Source: Macrostomum hystrix (taxonomy: Eukaryota > Animalia > Platyhelminthes). From it: 64,000 nucleotides of DNA. The DNA is taken from the NCBI GenBank assembly GCA_950097015.1, contig CATNEN010000025.1, positions 2,170,001 to 2,234,000 on the forward strand, written 5' to 3'. Position numbers and translations under genes: made by a program. Of the stretch, positions 25,441 to 36,705 are shown piece by piece. Within the stretch, counting starts at the first letter, position 1. Each line of letters begins with the position of its first letter. Below the pieces are notes generated by a model that was not told where the DNA came from, searched no databases, and was given only the letters and a program-made list of their open reading frames with translations.

Positions 25441-25660
25441 TCCTGAGCACACACGCACACACGTCGTGATTTGCTCATCGTCAGGCAGTGTACACTCTCA
25501 CTGTGCCTTGGAGGTTGGCCCTCATGGGCGTAAATTGCACGACAAGCCCCCAAGCCTTTTCTCCGCGGCTGCGCCCTAAATGAATGTGGCCTCGTCGCGG
25601 AATCGAACTCAGGGACCTTGGTGCGACAGGCAAACACGTTAACCGCTCTGCCACTCACCC
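25441..25660 (-). mobile_element. tRNA-derived SINE, family B (tRNA-Asp-like head)
   Basis: Reverse complement reads GAGTGGCAGAGCGGTTAACG...CTGTCGC...CTGAGTTCGATTCCGCG followed by a unique body. Colinear homologue at 40819-41031 and partial one at 62507-62610. Confidence 0.7.
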
Positions 25661-25845
25661 CATGCTATTCTACGTGGGCGTCCTAAAAATAGTGGAAAAG
25701 TGAGGAGAGTCACTGCTGTCTATGGCAAAAAAATTATGAAAATAATTAGCGCAGAAAATATAAAATAGAATGTATTCTGAACGGCATCTTTCGCCAAGAA
25801 GCTCATCTGAATTAAGGTGCAAAACTGCCGATAAATAACTCGTGG

Positions 25846-28800
25846 ATGTGTCAGTTACCGTTAAATATCCTTCTAGGATTAGTCATCACTCTGGCAGGCC
25901 TATCACCGTTCATAGCCAGGGCGCAGGACTGTGCGCCAACAAAATGGTGGCGCTGTCCTGACTCCAGCCATACTGGACATTGCGCACCGGGCGCCATCGC
26001 AGCCTATCGCTACAGCTGCCGATCTTCAGTGGACTTTGAGCACTGCAACTCAGCCAGCGCTTGCCGAAGCCAAGTTGAAACTGAAGACTGCGCCAAAATC
26101 TATAGCAGAGGACTCTGCAGGCCTTGGTGGACTGAATGGTCCGCCTACTCTGACTGTCACACTGGCGAGTCTATTTGATCTATTTGATGTAGCACATATT
26201 TTAATTGTGCTACTCATAGTAGAGCTTGCTGGCTCACCACAGAATATCATTCTAATGACATCCCAGCTGATGACACACTCCCTACTGACACATTCCTTTC
26301 TGAAACATCCCCTTACTGACACATCCCCTTACTGAAGCATCCCCTACTGACACATCCCCACTGACACATCTCCACTGACAGATCCGCTACTGACACATCC
26401 CCTACTGATATATCCTACTGACATCCCCTACTGAAGGCAACTGCGGCAGTCGTCAACGCAGTCAGCGCCGGCACTGCTCCGGCCTGACGTCGCACCAGAA
26501 CCCGGCAGCTGAGCGCGGCTCCTGTCGCGATCGTCGCGCACTGGCGAAAATGAAGCGCCAGGGCAAGCCAATTGGAGTGCGGGCCAACTCGTGCCCGGTT
26601 TCTATGCAGTGCCCGAAGATTAACGGCGGCTGGAGCGAGTGGGGCACCCCGTCCGCCTGCTCTGTCAGCTGCGGCCTCGGGCACCGGGAGGTTGGACTGG
26701 ATTTTCAATTCCTAGAAAATTTGAAATAAAAACACAGATTATATAGTTCACCTTATCTCTCTTGAACAACATCAATATCTGGTCTATAGTATAGTAAATT
26801 CAATAAAATTTAATTTTTAGGAAAACCGGATTAGGACCAAGTGTTTAATTAGGTAAATTTTTTTGTTCAGCTGCGTTTTGAGGGGGTTTTTTAGTGAGCA
26901 TTGCCATATATGGGAGAATAAGCAAATACAGCTGTCTAGAACGGATTCTTGACTTCGTTTCTAAAAATAGCAAATGAGTCATCATAACTCATTCCTAAAA
27001 ATAGATTCACAGTTATAGCTTAGGTTTCCTTGTAATATTATTACTTTAAGTAGCGCGTTACGTATTGTATATTTTACTATTCTCTAAATCTCTCCTACGT
27101 CGTTGACCTCAGCTGCGACGCATGTGCAACAATCCGACTCCTTCGGGCGGCGGCATCCCCTGCTCCGGCTTCGACATGAAGCGGATCACCTGCCGGCAAT
27201 CAACGCCCTGCCCACTGCACGGCGCCTGGTGCCCCTGGTCGCACGTGGAGATGTGTGACGCGTCCTGCGGCATCGGTGTGGGCGTCCGGGTCCGGCAGTG
27301 CAGGTGCCCGCTGCCGCAGCACCACGGTCGGCCGTGCGTCGGGCCTGACAAGGAGATGAGCCAGTGCCTGCTGGCGCACTGCCCGTTCTCTGTGCAGCTG
27401 TACGAAGATGAGAGGCGCTTCATGCGGGACGCCCTCAGGGCCACATCGCAGGAGGCGGCATTCGCGCACATGGGACAGAGCGCCCCGGTCACTGGCTCCG
27501 AGCTCTACCTGAGCTGCGGCCCCGAACAGGACATCAGGAAGCGACTGTTCGACCTGCCGGGTCGGTTTCCTGAGAGGCGCTATTTCTGGACGAAGGACAA
27601 TCAGGTTGGGAGGGGGGACTGGGAAAGACGATTAGGAGATTCGGGTAGAGGATTAAGAGAGAGACTGGTAGAGGATTAAGAGAGAGGGGTAGAGGATTAA
27701 GAGAGCCAGGTAGAGGGTTGGGAGAGAGGGTTAGAGGATTAAGAGAGAGGGGAAGAGGATTAAGAGAGCCAGGTAGAGGATTAAGAGAGAGGGGTAGAGG
27801 ATTAAGAGAGAGGGGTAGAGGATTAAGAGAGAGGGTTAGAGGATTAAGAGAGAGGGGAAGAGGATTAAGAGAGCCAGGTAGAGGATTAAGAGAGAGGGGA
27901 AGAGGATTAAGAGAGAGGGTTAGAGGATTAAGAGAGAGGGTTAGAGGATTAAGAGAGAGGGGTAGAGGATTAAGAGAGAGGGGTAGAGGATTAAGAGAGA
28001 GGGTTAGAGGATTAAGAGAGAGGGGTAGAGGATTAAGAGAGAGGGGTAGAGGATTAAGAGAGAGGGTTAGAGGATTAAGAGAGAGGGGAAGAGGATTAAG
28101 AGAGATGGGTAGAGGACTAAGAGAGAGGGGTAGAGGATTAAGAGAGATGGGTAGAGGACTAAGAGAGAGGGGTAGAGGATTAAGAGAGAGGGTAGAGGAT
28201 TAAGAGAGAGGGGTAGAGGATTAAGAGAGAGGGTAGAGGATTAAGAGAGAGGGGTAGAGGATTAAGAGAGAGGGGAAGAGGATTAAGAGAGAGGGGTAGA
28301 GGATTAAGAGAGAGGGTTAGAGGATTAAGAGAGAGGGGAAGAGGATTAAGAGAGATGGGTAGAGGACTAAGAGAGAGGGGTAGAGGATTAAGAGAGAGGG
28401 TAGAGGATTAAGAGAGAGGGGTAGAGGATTAAGAGAGAGGGGTAGAGGATTAAGAGAGAGGGTAGAGGATTAAGAGAGAGGGGTAGAGGATTAAGAGAGA
28501 GGGGAAGAGGATTAAGAGAGAGGGGTAGAGGATTAAGAGAGAGGGGAAGAGGATTAAGAGAGAGGGGTAGAGGATTGAGACAGAGGGTAGAGTATTTGGA
28601 GAATGTATCAGTAAGCGAAGATAATGGTAGATAATTTCAAGTAAATAATGTACAGAGCATTGAACACATTAGAAAGGAATTTTTCGCTCAATCACAAACT
28701 ACGCAGCCGTTAAAAGCAACAGAGAGAGTCCGCTTCGACTCAGAAGCGCTCCACGTGCTCTCCGTAGTTACCTCAGATGCCGGGCTCTACCAGATGATGG

Positions 28801-31800
28801 TTCAGCGCGCGCCTGGCAGACCTCCCAACACCGCGTGCTTCTTTCCCGTGCCTGTTCTGGACACCATCATTAAGCTGCCGGAAGACAGCCACTTCAACCT
28901 GACATGTCCGATCGGTGCCCTGACCAATGTGACGCCGACCGTAATGGGGGCATGGCGGATTTTCTGGTCATTCACACCTTCGCCTCTGTGAGTTTCTGCC
29001 TGCCACTGGCCTACTTATCTACGATTCGGACAGCTGATTTAGGTTATGGAACACATAACTCCAAGAATTGCAGGTGGGGCCAAGAATCGAATCGCAGCAG
29101 GAGGAGCAGTGGTAGCTAGAACCACAGCAGGAGGAGCAGTGGTAGCTAGAATCGCAGCAGGAGGAGCAGTGGTAGCTAGAATCGCAGCAGGAGGAGCAGT
29201 GGTAGCTAGAACCGCAGCAGGAGGAGCTAGAATCGCAGCAGGAGGAGCAGTGGTAGCTAGAACCACAGCAGGAGGAGCAGTGGTAGCTAGAATCGCAGCA
29301 GGACGTGCAGTGGTAGCTAGAATCGCAAAAGGAGGAGCTAGAATCGCAGCAGGAGGAGCAGTGGTAGCTAGAACCGCAGCAGGAGGAGCTAGAATCGCAG
29401 CAGGAGGAGCAGTGGTAGCTAGAACCGCAGCAGGAGGAGCAGTGGTAGCTAGAACCGCAGCAGGAGGAGCTAGAATCGCAGCAGGAGGAGCAGTGGTAGC
29501 TAGAACCGCAGCAGGAGGAGCTAGAATCGCAGCAGGAGGAGCAGTGGTAGCTAGAACCGCAGCAGGAGGAGCTAGAATCGCAGCAGGAGGAGCAGTGGTA
29601 GCTAGAATCGCAGCAGGAGGAGCAGTGGTAGCTAGAACCGCAGCAGGAGGAGCTAGATTCGCAGCAGTAGGAGCAGTGGTAGGTATAATAGCAGCAGGAG
29701 GAGCAGTGGTAGCTAGAACCGCAGCAGGAGGAGCTAGAATCGCAGCAGGAGGAGCAGTGGTAGGTATAATCGCAGCAGGAGGAGCAGTGGTAGCTAGAAC
29801 CGCAGCAGGAGGAGCTAGAATCGCAGCAGGAGGAGCAGTGGTAGCTAGAATCGCAGCAGGAGGAGCAGTGGTAGCTAGAACCGCAGCAGGAGGAGCAGTG
29901 GTAGCTAGAACCGCAGCAGGAGGAGCTAGAATCGCAGCAGGAGGAGCAGTGGTAGCTAGAACCGCAGCAGGAGGAGCTAGAATCGCAGCAGGAGGAGCAG
30001 TGGTAGCTAGAATCGCAGCAGGAGGAGCAGTGGTAGCTAGAACCGCAGCAGGAGGAGCTAGAATCGCAGCAGGAGGAGCAGTGGTAGCTAGAACCACAGC
30101 AGGAGGAGCAGTGGTAGCTAGAATCGCAGCAGGACGTGCAGTGGTAGCTAGAATCGCAAAAGGAGGAGCTAGAATCGCAGCAGGAGGAGCAGTGGTAGCT
30201 AGAACCGCAGCAGGAGGAGCTAGAATCGCAGCAGGAGGAGCAGTGGTAGCTAGAACCGCAGCAGGAGGAGCAGTGGTAGCTAGAACCGCAGCAGGAGGAG
30301 CTAGAATCGCAGCAGGAGGAGCAGTGGTAGCTAGAACCGCAGCAGGAGGAGCTAGAATCGCAGCAGGAGGAGCAGTGGTAGCTAGAACCGCAGCAGGAGG
30401 AGCTAGATTCGCAGCAGTAGGAGCAGTGGTAGGTAGAATCGCAGCAGGAGGAGCAGTGGTAGCTAGAACCGCAGCAGGAGGAGCTAGATTCGCAGCAGTA
30501 GGAGCAGTGGTAGGTATAATAGCAGCAGGAGGAGCAGTGGTAGCTAGAACCGCAGCAGGAGGAGCTAGAATCGCAGCAGGAGGAGCAGTGGTAGGTATAA
30601 TCGCAGCAGGAGGAGCAGTGGTAGCTAGAACCGCAGCAGGAGGAGCTAGAATCGCAGCAGGAGGAGCAGTGGTAGCTAGAATCGCAGCAGGAGGAGCAGT
30701 GGTAGCTAGAACCGCAGCAGGAGGAGCAGTGGTAGCTAGAACCGCAGCAGGAGGAGCTAGAATCGCAGCAGGAGGAGCAGTGGTAGCTAGAACCGCAGCA
30801 GGAGGAGCTAGAATCGCAGCAGGAGGAGCAGTGGTAGCTAGAATCGCAGCAGGAGGAGCAGTGGTAGCTAGAACCGCAGCAGGAGGAGCAGTGGTAGCTA
30901 GAATCGCAGCAGGAGGAGCAGTGGTAGCTAGAATCGCAGCAGGAGGAGCAGTGGTAGCTAGAATCGCAGCAGGAGCCAACGCTAGAATCGCAGCAGTGGT
31001 AGCTAGAATCGCAGCAGTGGTAGCTAGAATCGCAGCAGGAGCCAACGCTAGAATCGCAGCAGTGGTAGCTAGAATCGCAGCAGTGGTAGCTAGAATCGCA
31101 GCAGGAGCCAACGCTAGAATCGCAGCAGGAGGAGCTAGAATCGCGGCAGTAGCGATAACTGAGTGTTAATTTCATTAGGAGGTGGAGCAGAAGGCTTTCT
31201 CGGTTTTAATGGATCGGTCTCAAACTATCGCAGGAGTGAGCACAGCGGCGGCAAACCCCAGAATCCATTGTGGCAAACCCACTCGCTGAAGCAGAGTCTG
31301 GACCAAGCTGGAGTAGCTCAAATCAGCGCCATGGCGGCGCACATGGAAGGTGTGTACGAGTGCTACATCCAGTTGATGTTCGTTCGAAACGACAACTCCA
31401 CAAATCCTTTCGAGGACCCGCCACCGCCAGACGACGATGACAGTGATACCTTAAAGATAGCGCAAGAAAATGAGAAGAAGAGGCACGCGGTTCTAGTTTT
31501 AACAAACATCGAACTGACCGACGTGTTTATGGCCGCTCGATTCGTATTGGAACTGCAGCCGCCGCCAAGTCTGATGGAATATATCAAGATTTTTTTCGCC
31601 CAAAACTATTCAGGAATATTAGCTTTGTTCGGCGGTGCCCTCACTTTAGGCTTGTGCACTTTTATCATTGACTGCGTCAGGGCGTTGTTGCTATGGCGAC
31701 GCCGGATCTGGTTGCAGCGCATGGACGATGAAGAGATGCACCTGTTCATGCTGAGGGTGCGCGAGAAACTCACTGGCTGGACTAGGGAGAACGACCGAAA

Positions 31801-31864
31801 TTTGAGGAAGGTGGCGCCAATGAACATGCAGGACGCCCAGAATAGAAACGAAGAAAATTCATGA
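25846..31864 (+). CDS. Type I membrane protein: signal peptide + 3-4 thrombospondin type 1 repeats + 2 Ig-like domains + TM + short tail (~690 aa)
   Basis: Exons 25846-26164 (GC donor), 26437-26690, 27113-27604, 28707-28987, a possible micro-exon 29074-29111, and 31179-31864. Motifs: signal peptide MCQLPLNILLGLVITLAGLSPFIARA; TSRs WTEWSAYSDC, GGWSEWG..CSVSCGLG..RRMCNNPTP and GAWCPWS..CDASCGIG.GVRVRQC; Ig1 LYLSC..YFWTKDNQ|PL..DAGLY; Ig2 FNLTC..IFW..EGVYEC; TM GILALFGGALTLGLCTFII. The last junction needs a 3n+2 micro-exon or a sequence error. Confidence 0.8.
26255..26436. repeat. Degenerate ~16-bp intronic repeat (CTACTGACACATCCC)
   Basis: Visible; runs up to the acceptor AG. Confidence 0.85.
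27640..28585. repeat. 21-bp minisatellite (GTAGAGGATTAAGAGAGAGGG)
   Basis: Visible tandem array in an intron. Confidence 0.96.
29088..31150. repeat. Mixed 30/21/18-bp minisatellite (AGAATCGCAGCAGGAGGAGCAGTGGTAGCT) with an 831-bp higher-order duplication
   Basis: Visible; the rare variant GGACGTGCAG recurs at 29301 and 30132. Confidence 0.95.
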
Positions 31865-31869
31865 ATTTT

Positions 31870-34800
31870 GTGCAGTTCTATTGTAGTCTGATGCGGTTCT
31901 GTTCCAGTCTGATGTATTCTGTTGTAGTCTGATGCAGTTCTGTTGTAGTCTGATGCAGTTCTGTTGTAGTCTGATGCAGTTCTGTTGTAGTCTGATGCAG
32001 TTCTGTTGTAGTCTGATGCAGTTCTGTTGTAGTCTGATGCGGTTCTGTTGTAGTCTGATGCAGTTCTGTTGTAGTCTGATGCAGTTCTGTTGTAGTCTGA
32101 TGCGGTTCTGTTGTAGTCTGATGCAGTTCTGGTGTAGTCTGATGCGGTTCTGTTGTAGTCTGATGCAGTTCTGTTGTAGTCTGATGCGGTTCTGTTGTAG
32201 TCTGATGCAGTTCTATTGTAGTCTGATGCAGTTCTGTTGTAGTCTGATGCAGTCAGTTGTAGTCTGATGCAGTCAGTTGTAGTCTGATGCAGTCAGTTAT
32301 AGTCTGATGCAGTCAGTTATAGTCTGATGCAGTCAGTTGTAGTCTGATGCAGTCAGTTGTAGTCTGATGCAGTCAGTTGTAGTCTGATGCAGTCAGTTAT
32401 AGTCTGATGCAGTCAGTTATAGTCTGATGCAGTTCTGTTGTAGTCTGATGCAGTTCTGTTGTAGTCTGATGCAGTTCTGTTGTAGTCTGATGCAGTTCTG
32501 TTGTAGTCTGATGCAGTCAGTTATAGTCTGATGCAGTCAGTTATAGTCTGATGCGGTTCTGTTGTAGTCTGATGCAGTCAGTTATAGTCTGATGCGGTTC
32601 TGTTGTAGTCTGATGCAGTCAGTTGTAGTCTGATGCAGTCAGTTGTAGTCTGATGCAGTTCTGTTGTAGTCTGATGCAGTCAGTTGTAGTCTGATGCAGT
32701 TCTGTTGTAGTCTGATGCAGTCTGTTGTAGTCTGATGCAGTCAGTTGTAGTCTGATGCAGTCAGTTGTAGTCTGATGCAGTTCTGTTGTAGTCTGATGCA
32801 GTCAGTTGTAGTCTGATGCAGTTCTGTTGTAGTCTGATGCAGTCAGTTGTAGTCTGATGCAGTCAGTTGTAGTCTGATGCAGTCAGTTGTAGTCTGATGC
32901 AGTCAGTTGTAGTCTGATGCAGTCAGTTGTAGTCTGATGCAGTCAGTTGTAGTCTGATGCAGTCAGTTGTAGTCTGATGCAGTCAGTTGTAGTCTGATGC
33001 AGTTCTGTTGTAGTCTGATGCAGTCAGTTATAGTCTGATGCAGTCAGTTGTAGTCTGATGCAGTCAGTTATAGTCTGATGCAGTCAGTTATAGTCTGATG
33101 CAGTTCTGTTGTAGTCTGATGCAGTTCTGTTGTAGTCTGATGCAGTTCTGTTGTAGTCTGATGCAGTTCTGTTGTAGTCTGATGCAGTCAGTTATAGTCT
33201 GATGCAGTCAGTTATAGTCTGATGCGGTTCTGTTGTAGTCTGATGCAGTCAGTTATAGTCTGATGCGGTTCTGTTGTAGTCTGATGCAGTCAGTTGTAGT
33301 CTGATGCAGTCAGTTGTAGTCTGATGCAGTTCTGTTGTAGTCTGATGCAGTTCTGTTGTAGTCTGATGCAGTTCTGTTGTAGTCTGATGCAGTTCTGTTG
33401 TAGTCTGATGCAGTCAGTTGTAGTCTGATGCAGTCAGTTGTAGTCTGATGCAGTTCTGTTGTAGTCTGATGCAGTCAGTTGTAGTCTGATGCAGTTCTGT
33501 TGTAGTCTGATGCAGTCAGTTGTAGTCTGATGCAGTCAGTTGTAGTCTGATGCAGTCAGTTGTAGTCTGATGCAGTCAGTTGTAGTCTGATGCAGTCAGT
33601 TGTAGTCTGATGCAGTTCTGTTGTAGTCTGATGCAGTCAGTTATAGTCTGATGCAGTCAGTTGTAGTCTGATGCAGTCAGTTATAGTCTGATGCAGTCAG
33701 TTATAGTCTGATGCAGTCAGTTATAGTCTGATGCAGTCAGTTGTAGTCTGATGCAGTCAGTTATAGTCTGATGCAGTCAGTTATAGTCTGATGCAGTCAG
33801 TTGTAGTCTGATGCAGTCAGTTGTAGTCTGATGCAGTCAGTTATAGTCTGATGCAGTCAGTTGTAGTCTGATGCAGTTCTGTTGTAGTCTGATGCAGTTC
33901 TGTTGTAGTCTGATGCAGTTCTGTTGTAGTCTGATGCAGTTCTGTTGTAGTCTGATGCAGTTCTGTTGTAGTCTGATGCAGTTCTGTTGTAGTCTGATGC
34001 AGTTCTGTTGTAGTCTGATGCAGTCAGTTGTAGTCTGATGCAGTCAGTTATAGTCTGATGCAGTCAGTTATAGTCTGATGCGGTTCTGTTGTAGTCTGAT
34101 GCAGTCAGTTATAGTCTGATGCGGTTCTGTTGTAGTCTGATGCAGTCTGTTGTAGTCTGATGCAGTCAGTTATAGTCTGATGCAGTTCTGTTGTAGTCTG
34201 ATGCAGTTCTGTTGTAGTCTGATGCAGTTCTGTTGTAGTCTGATGCAGTTCTGTTGTAGTCTGATGCAGTTCTGTTGTAGTCTGATGCAGTCAGTTGTAG
34301 TCTGATGCAGTCAGTTATAGTCTGATGCAGTCAGTTATAGTCTGATGCGGTTCTGTTGTAGTCTGATGCAGTCAGTTATAGTCTGATGCGGTTCTGTTGT
34401 AGTCTGATGCAGTCAGTTGTAGTCTGATGCAGTCAGTTGTAGTCTGATGCAGTCAGTTGTAGTCTGATGCAGTCAGTTGTAGTCTGATGCAGTCAGTTGT
34501 AGTCTGATGCGGTTCTGTTGTAGTCTGATGCAGTCAGTTGTAGTCTGATGCAGTCAGTTGTAGTCTGATGCAGTTCTGTTGTAGTCTGATGCAGTTCTGT
34601 TGTAGTCTGATGCAGTTCTGTTGTAGTCTGATGCAGTTCTGTTGTAGTCTGATGCAGTCAGTTGTAGTCTGATGCAGTCAGTTGTAGTCTGATGCAGTCA
34701 GTTGTAGTCTGATGCAGTTCTGTTGTAGTCTGATGCAGTTCTGTTGTAGTCTGATGCAGTCAGTTGTAGTCTGATGCAGTTCTGTTGTAGTCTGATGCAG

Positions 34801-35800
34801 TCAGTTATAGTCTGATGCAGTTCTGTTGTAGTCTGATGCAGTTCTGTTGTAGTCTGATGCAGTCAGTTGTAGTCTGATGCAGTTCTGTTATAGTCTGATG
34901 CAGTCAGTTGTAGTCTGATGCAGTTCTGTTGTAGTCTGATGCAGTCAGTTGTAGTCTGATGCAGTTCTGTTGTAGTCTGATGCAGTCAGTTGTAGTCTGA
35001 TGCAGTTCTGTTATAGTCTGATGCAGTCAGTTGTAGTCTGATGCAGTTCTGTTGTAGTCTGATGCAGTTCTGTTGTAGTCTGATGCAGTCAGTTATAGTC
35101 TGATGCAGTTCTGTTGTAGTCTGATGCAGTCAGTTGTAGTCTGATGCAGTCAGTTGTAGTCTGATGCAGTTCTGTTGTAGTCTGATGCAGTCAGTTGTAG
35201 TCTGATGCAGTTCTGTTGTAGTCTGATGCAGTCAGTTGTAGTCTGATGCAGTCAGTTATAGTCTGATGCAGTTCTGTTGTAGTCTGATGCAGTCAGTTAT
35301 AGTCTGATGCAGTTCTGTTGTAGTCTGATGCAGTCAGTTGTAGTCTGATGCAGTCAGTTGTAGTCTGATGCAGTCAGTTATAGTCTGATGCAGTTCTGTT
35401 GTAGTCTGATGCAGTCAGTTGTAGTCTGATGCAGTCAGTTGTAGTCTGATGCAGTTCTGTTGTAGTCTGATGCAGTTCTGTTGTAGTCTGATGCAGTCAG
35501 TTGTAGTCTGATGCAGTTCTGTTGTAGTCTGATGCAGTTCTGTTGTAGTCTGATGCAGTCAGTTGTAGTCTGATGCAGTCAGTTATAGTCTGATGCAGTC
35601 AGTTGTAGTCTGATGCAGTCAGTTATAGTCTGATGCAGTTCTGTTGTAGTCTGATGCAGTTCAGTTGTAGTCTGATGCGGTTCTGTTGTAGTCTGATGCA
35701 GTCAGTTATAGTCTGATGCGGTTCTGTTGTAGTCTGATGCGGTTCTGTTGTAGTCTGATGCAGTTCTGTTCCAGTCTGATGCAGTTCTGTTGTCGTCTGA
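31870..35800. repeat. 3.9-kb array of interspersed 21-bp (GTAGTCTGATGCAGTTCTGTT) and 20-bp (GTAGTCTGATGCAGTCAGTT) units
   Basis: Visible; starts a few bases after the TSR-Ig gene stop. Confidence 0.97.
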
Positions 35801-36494
35801 TTTATTTTTGTAGCTTAAAAACGTTTTATTTATTATTACATTAATATTTATAGGCAATAATATATAGCTCCTTTAATCATTTGTTTATTTATAATTCAAC
35901 TCATATAGCAGCATGTGAACTCATCGTATAACAGGGCAAAATGAACTCTAAAGCGCTCGTTGAATACAAACCGTGAGAAGCGGTATTTCAATATCCGGTA
36001 AAAAAATGAAAAAATGAAAATTGTATTAAAAGTGCTCATCACAAGGTGCAGTGTCAGATGTTAAGTTGGCATTTCATATAGCACTGTTCAGTTTATATTA
36101 TGAAGTTATAATTTAAACTGCCCTGCATGAAAGGCTCAATTCCGGGTTCTAAATACGTTCCGGTTAATTAAAAAAACGCAATGGGTCACTTCAATGTTTT
36201 TTTTTCTTCTCAAAGGCGAGATGTGAGATGTGAGTAAAACTTTATAACCTGATCCGTTATATTAAAGTCAAGTGTGTCTACTAGTCAATGATCAGATTTA
36301 GATTTCTTTACAAAAATCTTTCGCTATCAAATTTGTTAAAGCGCTTTGCAAACAAATTACGATCACTTTTTATAGCTTTAGCTAAAATAAATAATTAATT
36401 TAATAATAATTAATTGATTGCACCTGCCCCAATTGGGTCAGATGTGCAGCCGACAGCACAGCCGCAGCTAATGCGCGGCGCATCTGAAGGCTGC

Positions 36495-36705
36495 GTACAG
36501 CTGTTCAGTCCATGGACTGGGGGGACGCCACACCCACCTTCAGTTATCCCAGCTGATGCTGGCACCCATTTAACAGCTGGGTGAACTGAAGCAATGCAGA
36601 GTTAAGTGTCTTGCTAAAGGACACAAATTGTTCAGTGGAGTCGGGAATCGAACTCCCGACCTTCAAGTCGTGAGTCCGACGCCCTAACCACTAGGCTACA
36701 ACCTC
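36495..36705 (-). mobile_element. tRNA-derived SINE, family A (CORE-like central domain)
   Basis: Reverse complement reads GTAGCCTAGTGGTTAGGGCG (A box)...GGGAGTTCGATTCCC (B box), then TGTGTCCTTTAGCAAGACACTTAAC...TTCAGTTCACCCAGCTGTTAAATGGG and CAGTCCATGGACTG. A homologous copy lies at 42003-42190. Confidence 0.75.
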
